Source of the DNA: Zygnema circumcarinatum SAG 698-1b | Lineage: Eukaryota; Plantae; Zygnematophyceae | Length of the DNA stretch: 64,000 nucleotides | Reading direction: 5' to 3' | NCBI GenBank assembly: GCA_037447605.1 | Contig: CM074807.1 | Span: forward strand, 1,550,001 to 1,614,000 | In this document: one piece after another, positions 11,197 through 28,600 of the stretch | Layout of the letters: the number at the start of each line of letters is the position of its first letter | Numbering within the stretch: position 1 is the first letter of the stretch | Translations under genes and position numbers: made by a program | Notes under the pieces: generated by a model | Databases searched by the model: none | Told to the model about the DNA's origin: nothing | The model's input: only the letters and a program-made list of their open reading frames with translations

Positions 11197-12909
11197 CTAT
11201 GAAGAGCTTGACCCCATTTCTAGCAGCCGATGAAGAATTGCGAAGGATACCCAAGCATCCATAGCTGCATAATGCACCTGGTTGCTGTTCAGGTGCTGCT
11301 GAGCCCAATTGCTCATAGTAATCTTCTTATCCTTAACCATGACTTGACCTAGAACAACCTTTGATAGCTGTTTAAGCCCCATGTGACGGACATCCTCTGT
11401 CTGCAGCTGTTTTGTTGCTAACAAATTCAAATCAGTCACTCGAGCCAGACAATTAATTCCGTGATCCCGAGCAAGCTTACGAGCATCCTCCTTAACTCCC
11501 ACGCCCCCAAGGCGCACTCGAGGGGAAACCAACACTGTAGATAGGTGTAGAGGAGTAGAATCCAAGTAAAGCATTTGTACAATCAGGCATCGAGCTCCAG
11601 TAGAGAGCTGGAGTAAAGCTACTTTGTTATCTGACGAAACAGATCGATTCGGCCTCCACTCCAAGTCCATACCAAGCAATAAGTCACTGTCTCCATGTAA
11701 CAGTTCTGGCTTTCCACACGTATGTGCGTGGTTATCACAGCTCTCGGCAACTTGTACCTTCACACCCAACTCCTCCCTTGAGTTCTCTTCGTCATGAACT
11801 CCAACTCCGCTGCTGCTTACGGCTTCAGCATCCTGCACTCCATCCCGTGTTGGGCCACTGATAATCTGCCGAGCATTCGCAAGAAGCCATGCGTCGACTA
11901 CTTCTGCTTCGTTTGTGGTTGTCACTTCCACCACCTGCCCCATAATTCTACACGATGTGACAGCAGTTTTCCGTGGAGCCGTAGAGCAATGCCCGGTGAA
12001 CCGCCTTTTATTGGAGTTTCCAGCAAATTCTGTGTCCTCAGAGTCATCGCCCTGTGAACGCGGGCTCACCTGAACTATACGCTTGCAGAGATACTGCCAA
12101 ACTCTATCTGCTGCACGTAAACCCAACGTCCTGCCTTTTTCTCCTTCACAATTGAGCTGCATGGTACGTGTCCCAGCTTGAGGAGGAGATGATATTCCTG
12201 GATCCATATGGCTCTCGTCTTTGAGAACTCCAGCAATTCCTCCATCCGAATCAGACTCTTCAACTGCTGCAACCACTGGCTTGGTCGTGTCACGGCCTCT
12301 TCTGTCTATGCTTTGTTCACTTCCAGTGAACAAGTCACTGTCTGTTTCACTTCTTCCATCTCCTCCTAAATCAGCTTCAACATCAGCATTCACGAAATGT
12401 TGAGAAACAAAAGTTGATACATCTGAAACCTTGCTAAATTTGGAAACAGTGTGTATTTCCACTGAGATTCGTCTCCTCTTTACACCACAGACTTGATCGC
12501 TTAATTCGAGAGCTGCCCTCTCCTTTGCCATCAAAGTTTCTGACTTGCAGGGTGTACACATATCAACAGAAGAGCCTTCTGCTTCAAATTCTGGAGAATT
12601 ACGGATACTTGTACTACCTTCAATCTCAACAATTCTTCCCAATTGCACTTTTGGAGCCTCAACAGCTGTTTCCTGCACCTCGGCGCTTTCAAAAGCAGGG
12701 CTTTTCCTCTCGTTCCTAATTACCTTCAGCCGTCGCTGCTGCTGAACAATACGCCCAAAGCCAGCAGTTGCAGCTCCCTTACTGATTCCATCTTGTTCCG
12801 TTCCCTTCGTCACTCCAAGCACCTTGTGAAGAAGGCTCGACTTCACCTCCGAGCTGCCTCGCCTGCCATGCTGCAGACCCCTCCTCGGCGTCTCCCGCTC
12901 CTTCGCCAT
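11197..12909 (-). CDS. Intronless DEDDy 3'-5' exonuclease, WRN-exonuclease-like, with long low-complexity N-terminus
   Basis: ExoI GMDLEW, VALLQL, ExoII GVKEDARKL, GLKQL, SNWAQQHL, ExoIII HYAAMDAW; single ORF from ATG 12909. Confidence 0.9.
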   Translation of the reverse strand: MAKERETPRRGLQHGRRGSSEVKSSLLHKVLGVTKGTEQDGISKGAATAGFGRIVQQQRRLKVIRNERKSPAFESAEVQETAVEAPKVQLGRIVEIEGSTSIRNSPEFEAEGSSVDMCTPCKSETLMAKERAALELSDQVCGVKRRRISVEIHTVSKFSKVSDVSTFVSQHFVNADVEADLGGDGRSETDSDLFTGSEQSIDRRGRDTTKPVVAAVEESDSDGGIAGVLKDESHMDPGISSPPQAGTRTMQLNCEGEKGRTLGLRAADRVWQYLCKRIVQVSPRSQGDDSEDTEFAGNSNKRRFTGHCSTAPRKTAVTSCRIMGQVVEVTTTNEAEVVDAWLLANARQIISGPTRDGVQDAEAVSSSGVGVHDEENSREELGVKVQVAESCDNHAHTCGKPELLHGDSDLLLGMDLEWRPNRSVSSDNKVALLQLSTGARCLIVQMLYLDSTPLHLSTVLVSPRVRLGGVGVKEDARKLARDHGINCLARVTDLNLLATKQLQTEDVRHMGLKQLSKVVLGQVMVKDKKITMSNWAQQHLNSNQVHYAAMDAWVSFAILHRLLEMGSSSS

Positions 12910-13319
12910 GGCTGCTGACAGCTGGCTGCTCCCTCCCTCCCTCCCCCTCAACAAGGCAAGCCGCCTCTCGTAAAGATCTTTCTAACCTTTTTTGAAAGCT
13001 TCTTCGGGTGAGTGGAGTAGAGGGTTGAGCACTTCCGCGGACGCCAAGGTAACCCTCCGCCAATGGCGGCTCGTCACGTTGGAAAATTTGTCCACGTGGC
13101 GAGTTGTGAATGGGCGACTGAGGACGGCACAAAAAAAAAAAAAAAAAGGCCTCTCTTTTTGCAAGTAGCTGCAAAGCTCGTAACCCTAATTCGGCCTCTC
13201 TCTCGCCCTCTGCCTCTCGCCCTCCTTCCTACTTCCATCGCCCTCTCTCTTCCTCGCGCTCTCGCTCTCCTCGCTTTCTCTCTGCCTCACTCCTCTCGCC
13301 CTCTCGCTGCCACGTGGAC
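12910..13319. promoter_or_regulatory. Divergent promoter between exonuclease and BUD20
   Basis: About 410 bp between opposite start codons; G-box CCACGTGG at 13092 and 13310; telo-box-like AACCCTAA near 13182; CT-rich leader. Confidence 0.5.
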
Positions 13320-15359
13320 ATGGGGCGGTGTCCGTCCAATAAGTCCAGCGGGCAGAAGAGCAAGAAGCACCTGCACAAGCGAGCTCGCCTGGCTAAATTT
13401 CTCGTGAAAGATATCCTTTCCTCTACCTGTGGGTGCTGTTTTGATCCCCGCTGCTTCTTGCTCTGCTGTCTCCTTGTCGCTCTATTTAGTGGCCACCAGT
13501 AAGAGGATGGCAGAGAGGAATGCTTCTGGCGATTGGGCAGAGTGGACAATTAAGGTGCTTAATTACTTCTGCTTTTAATTTGCAGAATGAGGGTTAAACA
13601 CTGCTTGTTTACACTCAGATGTCTGCTCTCTGTAGGTTTTCACGGAGACAGAACGACAATTCATTTTAGCAAGATTGCCCTTCTGTTTCAGACTAGCTCC
13701 TTGGTCGGCATGAGCTTCAAGTCCTGTGTTATCCTGCCGAGGGATCGGGCCTATTAAGGTGAAGATTAGAGCGGCCAGCAAGCTGAATGCTGTTGATTGA
13801 GGAAATATTTTGCCCTTAACATGCTTTGCCTCACGCGATGATATGATTCACGACGAACTAAAGCAATGTGAGGAGCGCATAGAGAATGGGAAGGGTGCTC
13901 CTTCAACCTCTCTGAACGAGGACTTGCCGGGCATGGGGCAGTGGTACTGCCTGCATTGCGAGTATGTCCTGCTGAACCCAACCTCCACTATCATGTTATT
14001 GTCAGAGCGAAAGAGCACTCGTCAAACAATGCAACTTCTTACGAAATGCGGTGTTGGTACGGGAACAAGCAAGCAGTGTCACTCCATTGAAGCGTAATGA
14101 AAGAGGAACAGTCTTAGACGAACGCATAGCATTTTTTAAGAATTGCCCTACAGCATTGAATGAGGTTTAGAAAGTTTGGGCCATCTATGAAGAAGACACC
14201 AGGGTAAGCAATTGTAGCTTAAACCTGTCGGCCCAAGGAAAACTATTAAGCTGTTTTAACGCCCGTTGGTGATATGGCAGATGCAGTTAAACTCAGGATT
14301 TTTCTATCTCGGTTTTGTTGGCAGTCATCTCGTTTTTTAGTTTCTTCTCGTCGTAGTTTGAATTTGAAACTTAGATGGAGATGTAGTAGCCACCCTTTTC
14401 TTCTCCGTCAGTTATCTGGGCTATGCAGTGACTAGTCAAATCACCAGTTACTTGCAGCAGTTTGAGTCCGGCCAATATCTTGGAAGGATGGTTGAAACAG
14501 GGAATTCGAGGGCGCATAGGAAGTTAATGTGTGGATGAATTATAGGGTATATATAATGGTGGAAAAACTAGAGGTGCGTACGGTTGGCGAGGTTAGGCTG
14601 GTCAATAGACGTTAATAATAAGTGTTATGTCATCTGCTATAACATACTCTCATGCGTGGTGGAAAAGTAACTATTGGGCATGATTTTGTTACGTTATGAC
14701 ATCTATTGATTGGAGAAAGTAGACTTGCAGTGTATGAGTGTAGCTGTAACGGTTGGGCTGATAGCAGCCTATGTGAATTTTGCATAATGTCACGGTTTGA
14801 TCTTGTTGTGTGTGGTATGCTGGTAATGCAGCCGGTACTTCGCAAATGCAGGAGTCAGAGACGAGCATTACAAGACTAAGCTACATAAAAAGCGGTAAGT
14901 TTAAGTGATTATTGAGAGGGGGGGAATGCATATCTGTTTGCCGCTGCCATAACGTGTCCATGCTATATCGGTGGGCACCTTTGCAGTGTTAGAAAAAGTG
15001 CTTGCTTTGCGAGATCAGCAGTATTGGAACTGGGTTTTTCCCGGGTGGATTGGAAGTTGAAATGGTTTAGGACCGGTGTCAGAGTCACAATGTTTATGGC
15101 TAGACCCTTCACCCCATTTGTCTGATTTTCACTACCTTGTTTTGTCCTTGCATGCTGTTCCTTGTTCGGCTCACTCAGTTCGCTGGCTTGTTTCTGCACC
15201 TTCCTCATCATTCTTCGCTCCTTCGGTTGCAGTGTGAAACAGATGAAGGGTCCCAAACCGCACACACAGTTAGATGCGGACCTTGCTGGTGGTCTGGGTT
15301 CTCCTGATAATGGACCACGGCTACAACTTGGAGATGCAGCCATTGAAATGGCCGTATGA
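13320..15359 (+). CDS. BUD20: BUD20/ZNF593 C2H2 zinc-finger 60S biogenesis factor, 4 exons
   Basis: Exons 13320-13410, 13835-13961, 14832-14894, 15233-15359 give ..KFLVKGDDMIHDEL..EDLPGMGQWYCLHCDRYF..EHYKTKLHKKRVKQMKGPKPHTQLDADLAGG..DNGP. Confidence 0.93.
13411..13834 (+). other. U12-type (minor spliceosome) AT-AC intron
   Basis: Donor ATATCCTTT at 13411; branch site CCCTTAAC at 13813-13820; acceptor TCAC ending 13834; removal restores K-G-D-D in frame. Confidence 0.92.
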
Positions 15360-16880
15360 AACTTATGTTGACGAAGCAGAGTCTGGACTTCCACCTGTAC
15401 AGTACTAGCAACCAATTGAGGAGTGACCACCCCTTAGCGTCTTGGATGATTGCAACCTACTTAATTCCGCCTCTATTAATTGCAGGTTAGTTGAATGAAT
15501 AAAGAGGCACGATAATATCCTGCGAGTTGTGACTGGATTTTACGCACAGTATTGCGTTGCTAACTTGTTTCCAGTGTGCTACTTTGGATAAATCCTCCCC
15601 CCTCCTCTCCTGTTCTCTTTCAACACCTGCAACTGCTGGTTCAACCATTACCATGTTCGCCGCAAGCGCCAGTACTTAATCACCTTCCTCCTTAAGCGCA
15701 AAGATTTGCTGGTGGACCCATTTCCAATTTAGTTAATTAAGGGTTGTCTGAGGTTCCTAATGCAACCAATGGACAACTTTTGATGCCATGTTCTAGTGCA
15801 TGCCATGGTGTGGGCACTTGGGACCAGCTGCTCGTGATGCATGTTCCAACAGAGGTGGTCGCCGCAAAGATGCAGCGGTTTGCATCAACGTCAGCAGAGG
15901 GTAAACCTGTGATGCGGGTCACATAAAAGTGAAGCAAAGATAAAGGGAGGGGGAAGGAGGGGGAAGATAAATGGTACGAAACAAGCAAAAATCATCAATA
16001 GCATAGACTTCGGTAATTGAATCTTCACAAGCTTGTCAAGGCATTGACTCTTTGCGACCAAAAACCATGCAGCTGCGCGTGTCCTATCACGAGTTCGTAT
16101 CAAGACTCACGCTCAAGGGCCATCGGGCCGTCGCTTGCCCGCTGGGCTGCTCGCTCCACCAAAAAAGTAAACACCCGCGAGACGATGGCGAGGCCGCAAG
16201 AGTACGTGCCAATTTCAGCTACTGCTATTGCACGCCGCTCGACATCAACTGCCGGCTGGATGCCGCGCCGCCGCATGAAAAAGTCGCCAGCCGTCCGCCA
16301 GTCCGCTGCCGGCCGGCAAGTCCGCCGGCTACGGCGCCGTGGGCAGGTGCTGTACGGTCCGGAAACGACACGCGACCCGCCCAAGGTCGCCCTGCAACGC
16401 CGCGCCAACCGCCCCACTGTACGGCCGCCGGCCGGCTGAACCGAAGGGGCCGAACTTTTTTGTCGTGGGCGCGTCAAGTTCGCGGCTCGCCGGGCAGGCC
16501 GTGCGGATATGCGGGCGAGGATGGATGACGTGGCACTTTTGCTCGACTACGGCGCGACGGGATTGGCTATCGCCCCGCTCGGGTAAACATTTTTTCACGC
16601 TGGCGTCTGCCACGTGGCAGCAGCGGCTTCCCTCCCGCCCTCCCTCTCCGACGTGGGAGGCGCTGCACGCCGAGCGGCGGGGATAGGCTCCGAAAATGGC
16701 TGCCAGGGAGGTGGCAATGCAGCCGGAACGGGGAGGGGGAGCCAGGGGGGAGAGGAGGAAAAGGAGGAGACTGGAGGAAAAGAGCATGTGCTGCGTGCAG
16801 TCAGAGGCTGAACAAGGCACCGTTGGTTTTTTGAAGGGTGCCATAAGCTGTGGTTTCAGGAGAAAGGAGAGAGGGTTGGA

Positions 16881-18406
16881 ATGATGAGTGATGCAGGTCC
16901 GTCGACGGATATACAGGCGAGAACTGCGAGCAAGAATGAGCCGCAGTACCATATGGGACGCAGAGTGGTGTCTATTAAGAAATATCCGTTCCGGCAGGCC
17001 GTAGGACCGCCAGAAGGAGAATGGACGACGGGCATTTGTGGATGCTGTGCAGACCAGAGTATATGTAAGTCATGAAATACTGTCCTTGGATGTATTTAAT
17101 CAGCTGTGCACGTTATATACTTAAATGGTGGATGAAACGCAACCTGGACTGCTAAACTGAGCCCGGGAGGGAGACCGCGATGCATTCTCGCTTCCATAGG
17201 GAAGATTAAAGCGCTGTATTTTGTGCTTCTCTGCGGCTGATATCTTCCTGCCAACTTTCTGAATGCTGACAGTGATCAGATCAGCTTTCTCCACTCATGG
17301 TTCACGAGAGAATGGTTCAATGTACAATGTAGAGAATCTTAATCAAACCATTCCAGTTGCTTATTGTTGTAGAGTGCGATTGCTGCAAGCAATTCTTCTG
17401 TCACCGTGAGCTGACCCGACCTGTTCCCCGTTAACAAAGGCTGTTGTTAGTGACGTGCAGTGTGCTGCGCTCTATTCTGCCCCTGCATTCAGGCTGGACG
17501 GAACATTGAGATCATCAGTGGCGGACAAACAGGTCTGCAGCATACAGTAATCTGGTAGAAGATGCATTAGTTGATATGTTCGCATATTTCAACTTTATTG
17601 TCTGTACGACAGTGTGAAGTGAAACATTCACAACATAAGTGAAGCAACGAATGGTAGTTGACCATGTGAATGCCCCTTGCAGCATGAGCAGTCGCGGTCT
17701 ATATCTTTTAAGTCATCTGTTTGGCAATGCTGTCCTAACTTGAATATGAAGTAAAACTGAAGAAGAAAAATCGAAATTTGGAGACTAAATTTCTCTATCT
17801 TCACCCGTTTTCCTGAATTCTCTCGTTTCCCTGCAGATGCAGTAACGGCCTCTTTATTGTCAATTGTTTCAATCCTCTCCTGCCTTTACACTTGTGGTTA
17901 TCGACGAAGCTTGCGTGAAAAGTACCTTCTTCCTGAGAAGCCATGCGGAGACTGTGTGACACATTGCTTTCTCGGCTGCTGTGCACTTTCACAGGAAGGC
18001 CGCGAGCTTAAGAATCGTGGCTGGGATCCTGCATTGGGTCAGTGTGCAGTGTTCACACTTTGCTCGGCATTCATCATCTTTCTGTTGCCAGTCGAATTCG
18101 TAGCATCTCAGAGGTCCCTATTCAATTTGCTTGGATGCAAATCTTGGTTGAACTTCAAGCACATTTCTGTTCGGCTTCATTTTACTCCACAAATACATCC
18201 ACTCAATGTTTCACCAGCAAGTAAAAGGTTTGCATCCCAGAGGATTACTGTGAAGTTTCCTATGTCTTCAGCTCACGTGTACACAATTGACTTTGTTCCT
18301 TACACTATATTGCCCATCTCTCTCTCTTCCTACAGGGTTTGCAGGAAACATAAAAGCGTATGAAACAATTGGCATCGCACCGCCATCCATGATGATGACG
18401 AAGTGA
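16881..18406 (+). CDS. PLAC8-domain protein (PCR/CNR/FW2.2-like) #1, 4 exons
   Basis: WTTGICGCC, LCCALFCPCIQAGRNIEII, CLYTCGYRRSLREKYLLPEKPCGDCVTHCFLGCCALSQEGRELKNRGWD, C-terminal APPSMMMTK*. Confidence 0.88.
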
Positions 18407-19753
18407 TGGATGCGTCCTCAGGAATGTTACTCCCGCAAGCTTACTCGGCAGGACTAGGGCTTTTCTGGACACAGTGTATTGGCATGAATGTGGATGTTAC
18501 ACTTACCTCCAATTGCAGCTTAGATTGTACAGTAAAGAACGAGGTAGTCAATGGTCGTCACTTGGCTGCTGTTCAACATGACGAATAAGTTAGTGCCAGC
18601 GGGAGGACAATAGGGGTTTGTAAGCTCCCCACATTTTTTTTTCATGTGTTTTTTGCGGCCAACTAAGGGAGTGACTGGCCAGACGTTTGCAAAAGCAGAT
18701 TGCACGGTTTTGTATAGTAAAGATGCGTCCCAGACTTGTGTTGCATCACAAGTCGGATGCTCGCTTGCAGTCACGCCGGGTCCTTCAAGGATCTGCCATA
18801 TATAGCAGGGGGTTGTCTCTGCAACGATAGCATGCTGGCAAGCCTGTGGCTAATACGACCTGGCTCGTCAATAAAACTTGTGTGGGCATGCCACGATTTC
18901 GTGGCCAATTTCAATTTTGTCAATTTCAATTCTCAGTAAACGAGCCAATACTTGTGCGAGCACATAGTTCTACGAGGCGTTCAGATAGATTCTCGACGGT
19001 GTGTTTTGGGATGTCTTGATGGCCGATAACCTCTCCTAAACTGTCAGTCCAGACTCTCACCTGCTTCGAGAGTGCCTTAAAACATCCGTCCTGCAAACCC
19101 ACGCCAGCGTGAACCTTCAGGAAACCTGCGGAAGCTTTCGGCGAAGAGAACGACATCCTCATTACGTAGGTATTGGATAGAACAATTCAGTCGTTTGAGG
19201 GTTTTTAGAAAATCCTAAAAAGTCCAATTCAAAAAAGCGCCACACGAGCTGAGCAACGAAAGCAGCCAGCGCCAAAAGCAAGGGGCCGTTGACCCGCTCG
19301 AGGCGGTTGAACCGCCGCAGGTCCATGAAGTGGACTCACGGATCCACAAATATGATTCACGGTTTCACCACTGCAGGCTTTTGCAGAAGGCGGTGGACCC
19401 GACTCTTCCCGGATCAACGTGCTACAGGCCTCTCTGTAATCGCGGCCAAATTTGAACACCAAACAAACAAAAAAGGAAAGCTGTTCTGCTCCATGAACTG
19501 CATCATCTTCTGGATGCGTACAGGAGCACCACAATATCACATGATGTTTATCCCCAAAAGATCACGGACTGCGTAGTCATTCTGACGCCGGATTTTTGAC
19601 AAACCTTCAGAAAGTTTCAGCTCAGTCTTCGCGCAGGTCTTGAAGACAATTTGAAGATTTTACTGAAAGGCTTTTGTGTTTATCTTGTTTATTCTGGCTG
19701 CTACTCATAAGCTCTCCTTGTCTCTGCTGTGAGATTAAAAAAAGTCGCTGAGA

Positions 19754-24536
<4,783 letters not shown>

Positions 24537-25641
24537 AACGATATCAAACGAAGGGCTGCAAAATGGTTTAGGATTCACGAATGACATAAGGAAAATAGTT
24601 CCTCACTTATTTTTTATGGCCTGATGGTTCTCTGTAAGGGGAAGGCGAAAAGTTTGCACCATTTTGCTCAAAATACACTTCGTTTACTTGCTCCTTGTTG
24701 TTTTGAGGAGTGAGCTCGAGTTTTATCACGAACCGAGATTGAAGGGTGTTTGTGGCGTGGGTTTTAGGGTTGTTCTATGAGCAATGCTTCCTCCCTTTGT
24801 GCGCACTCTTCTCGATGGTCAAGAAGTGACTCGTTTCAATCTACACGCCATTAAATTTCATATTGCATTAGTTCTCGAAATGAGAGTAGTGGCATTTTTC
24901 TCGAAGGCGTTAGGACTGACATTGAGTGGGACAACGAGTTGTTGGCGCAGCTGCTTGCAAAAGCTGCCTGTTTCATGACCTCTGAGAGGTGTCGTCTTTT
25001 GTTAAAAAACATGTTCCCACTTCTTCAGTGGAGATGTACATGGAAGTGAGAGCTCGTGAGACGAGCGAGGAGAATGAGGCAGAGAGAGGATAGGAGAGGA
25101 GGAGAGAAGTTCTTAAAAAGGCAGATGCCAACAACCCTAAACACTCTTCAAAAATAGAATGGAGTTTCAAAGATGGCATTGTTGATATATGTACTAAACC
25201 ACACGAGGAAACTAAACTAAGTTACTAAGAAAAAAAGTAATGATCCAATTATTACCCTAAGCAGTCGCAAGGCGCGGAGCACCCCTCAACCTCTACGGGG
25301 CGGGGTCCCACCACCGAGCAGAGCCGCCTCTCCTACCGGGACACAGTAAGGAGCGCTTGCAATCCAAGGAACTCCAAATACGGCGCCCCCGTTCTTTCCT
25401 TCGCGCTTGCATCGTCGAATTGTACCCCAACGGCATAAATTCCAATAACGACTGAACATCAATCTGTACACACAAAACTTAGCGTGGCGGCTGCCACAAA
25501 AGGATGGCCTTCGCCTCCTCAGCATTCTAAAAACAGTATGGTGCAGAAACCTTCCCTATACAATAATCCAAAAAGTGTACTCCCGCAGTACTCTCGTAGC
25601 CTATGGACCTGCAGGCTCCCATCCTTCTCAACCCTTCTCCC

Positions 25642-28600
25642 TCAGCTCCGCGCAGGCATGAGAATTTTCGATCCGGACCCATTGCCCGTTGTCTTCTCCG
25701 CCTCCATGGCCTGCTTTGCGAGCTCGTAGCCGGCGAAGTTCATGGCCCCAAGCGGCGCAATCCAGAAGAAGCGCGGCAGCGCCCCCTTGTAGAGCGCGAG
25801 CACGCCCTCCCCCGCAATGATGGCCGCCCCCGTGCTCACAAGCCCGGAGGGGTGCCCGGGCGCTGCCGTCATCATCCGCGTCTTGATGACGTCGAAGGGA
25901 GTGGTGCACACGGCAGCGAGCCCCCCCGAGATGCCGCCCACCAGAAGGGTCTCCCATGGCGCCAAGTCCCTCTTCAAGGCGTGCCGTACGACCTGCAAGA
26001 ATGGAAGGAAGGAAGCAGAATGTGAGGAAGTGTGCACCGCACAACCCCCCACCATGGACTGCTCCCACGCTCCTAATCTGGAGTATGCAAAGACCACTTC
26101 GTGATTATTCAAAGTTCATCATCTGGCTATTGGGGCCCACACATGCAGAAGGACTACACAGCAGACATGCCCATATGGTCCCTTCATACTGTAAAATAGG
26201 GAGATTTGTTGTGCTCATTTCATTTTTTTAACCATCATCAAAACAGTTTGACAAAAGCAGAGCTGAGGTCGAGCTGTTCAAGAACCATTCGTCCACTCTA
26301 ATGCCAGTGTGGGCCGGAAAAAGGCCAAAACAAGGCAATCAGTTTTTCCAACAACGCTACACACTCCTGCTGCCGTTCTGATGACGGCCCTTAAAGCGTT
26401 CTTTACCTTCTTGGCTTCCTGGTAAATGAGGAGCCCCGCCACATAGAACGGCACTTCTCGGCAAAGTGTGGCTGCTGTTCCGCGAAACATCCCCATGGGG
26501 CCCTCCTGTCTGAGAGTCCCCCGTATAGCAGCAGCAGCATTAGGGTACATGCCCGCCTGCAGACGCTGCTTCAGCACTTCGCACGGAATGCGAAGACCCG
26601 TCCCCAGCACAGTGCTGCAGAGGGAGGCGATGGGTTGAACCTGCAAATTTTACGAGGAGAGACCAAGGCAGGGTTAAAGGCAACAGTGCAGCCGCTAATG
26701 AGTGATGAATATAGGAATGAGGATTACTACGCAGAGGATGTCGAAGGGAAAAACTACCATGCCGAAGAGGACTAATGCCAAGGGTTCAACGTAGCGGAAA
26801 GGCTAGCAATAGGTTGAAACACGTGACAGCTACTACGCTGGGCATGGATGGAGCTCTGTGACAAATATGCATGTTGAGCGCACTGACAGCGCACGTACAA
26901 CAGGATGAAGCTCTGTCCTAAGAAGTGCAGGAAAACATTCCTGCACTGCTTCCTGCATTCATTTTTTTTTTTATTGCAACATAACAAAAGCCGCAATGTT
27001 GAGATGGCATGCAGCTATGCAGGTTTCTCTATAGTCTGAAAGCTCAAGCGTTCGCTTGCTGGAAAAAACAAAAAGAATCGCACCTGAATGTCAGTTAGGT
27101 CGGGGGCCAAACCCTGCAGCAGCATCTTCGTCGCTTCAAAGGCTCCCGTTCGTAGACCATGGCTGCAGAATTACCCCCTTTTGCTCTTCTGTCAGGTCCA
27201 TGCATCCGCACATAGCCGCCCAAGCACCTATGACCAGGCCACTCTAACTAGAGCATTTTCTGGTACATGTACTAGAATGAAGACGGAAATTGTAACAGTT
27301 TTGGTTTTGGCTTTGGTTTTTGGTTTTGGTTTTGGTTTTGGCTCAACAGTGAACGTATTCCTAAAGTATGCCAAAATTCAGAGCGTCGCGGAGAAATTCC
27401 TCGAACGAGACTAAGACTATTGCCATTTATTTTCGTAATGCGACGGTATTCCATAGCACTATGGATTTTGCATGCTTTCGACGTTCCTCGTGCACCATGT
27501 CCTCTCCATCCTCCTCCCTTCCCCCACACTCTCTTTTTCCCTTCTCTGTCATTCCTCGTCCCTGCGCCCTCTTCTCCCACCCTCTCTCTCTCCCCCTCTA
27601 CCGCCTAGTCCTTCTCTCTCTCACTCTCTCTTCCATCCAGAGCCTCCCTCTTCTCTTTGCTTCCTTTCTCCCCTCCTTTGTCCACTCTCCACACTCATCC
27701 CTTCACTTCCTTTTTCCCCGCCACTCTCTGCTCTCTTCTCTCTTCTCACCCTCTCCCTACATATTCTCATCACTCTTTTCTGTGCGTTGACATGAAAACG
27801 CAGGCATCATGGCCGCCATGCGCTGCAGCCATAATGTTATGCCATGTCACCCTCCGGTGAATTGTATTAACAGAGCTAACTCTTGCACACTAGTAGAAAC
27901 CAAGCCCCGCCGCAGATGATTGGGTTCCTGAAAATTCTTGTCGTCTGCCAACGACCCCAAGGCAGTCGAGTACCGCACAGGCGGCTCGAGATTTCATTCC
28001 TCTCTCTGCCGACCGCCCTTTGCGGGTTCTCCAAACCAACTGATATGCTGCCACGTACACAATTTGTGACGTGGCATCCAGATCGGACGTGACATGGCTA
28101 AACTAGTACATTCACAAATGTAATAGTTCAGTGTACTGTCGTATACCAGACTTATTAGAAAGTGCAACATACATGCTTAGAGTGGCCTTTCTGCCACATG
28201 AACCTCAAAAGGTAGCAGATTTAAGCTCTGCACGGTCGAGGTGACAGCAGCTATAGCAAGGGGCTGCAACCACTGGCCGATTCGATAAAGCCACAACTGA
28301 GGTTTTTGTTTCTCTGGTGTTCGAAACCACTCACCTGGCAAACTGGCCAATTATGGCCGGCACGGAGCCTCTGTATAGTCCTTCAAGTCCCAGTTTGGGC
28401 AAACTTTGCATCACGTCCCCAAATGATACAGGAGAGGCCTGCACTCTCGTCTGGCTCCCAAAGCCCAATGTCCTGCAGTCAGTGGCTGCCTATGATAACA
28501 AATGGAAATGGCGACGCCAAAGGTATGTGCAGTTGCAACAGTTTTTGTAGAAGTACATAATGAGTGTGTCTACCTTGAGTGTGTCCAGCGGATGCATTAT

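Noticed and set aside
18926-19576. Short ORFs upstream of CstF-64
   Set aside because: No recognisable motif or consistent splice model.
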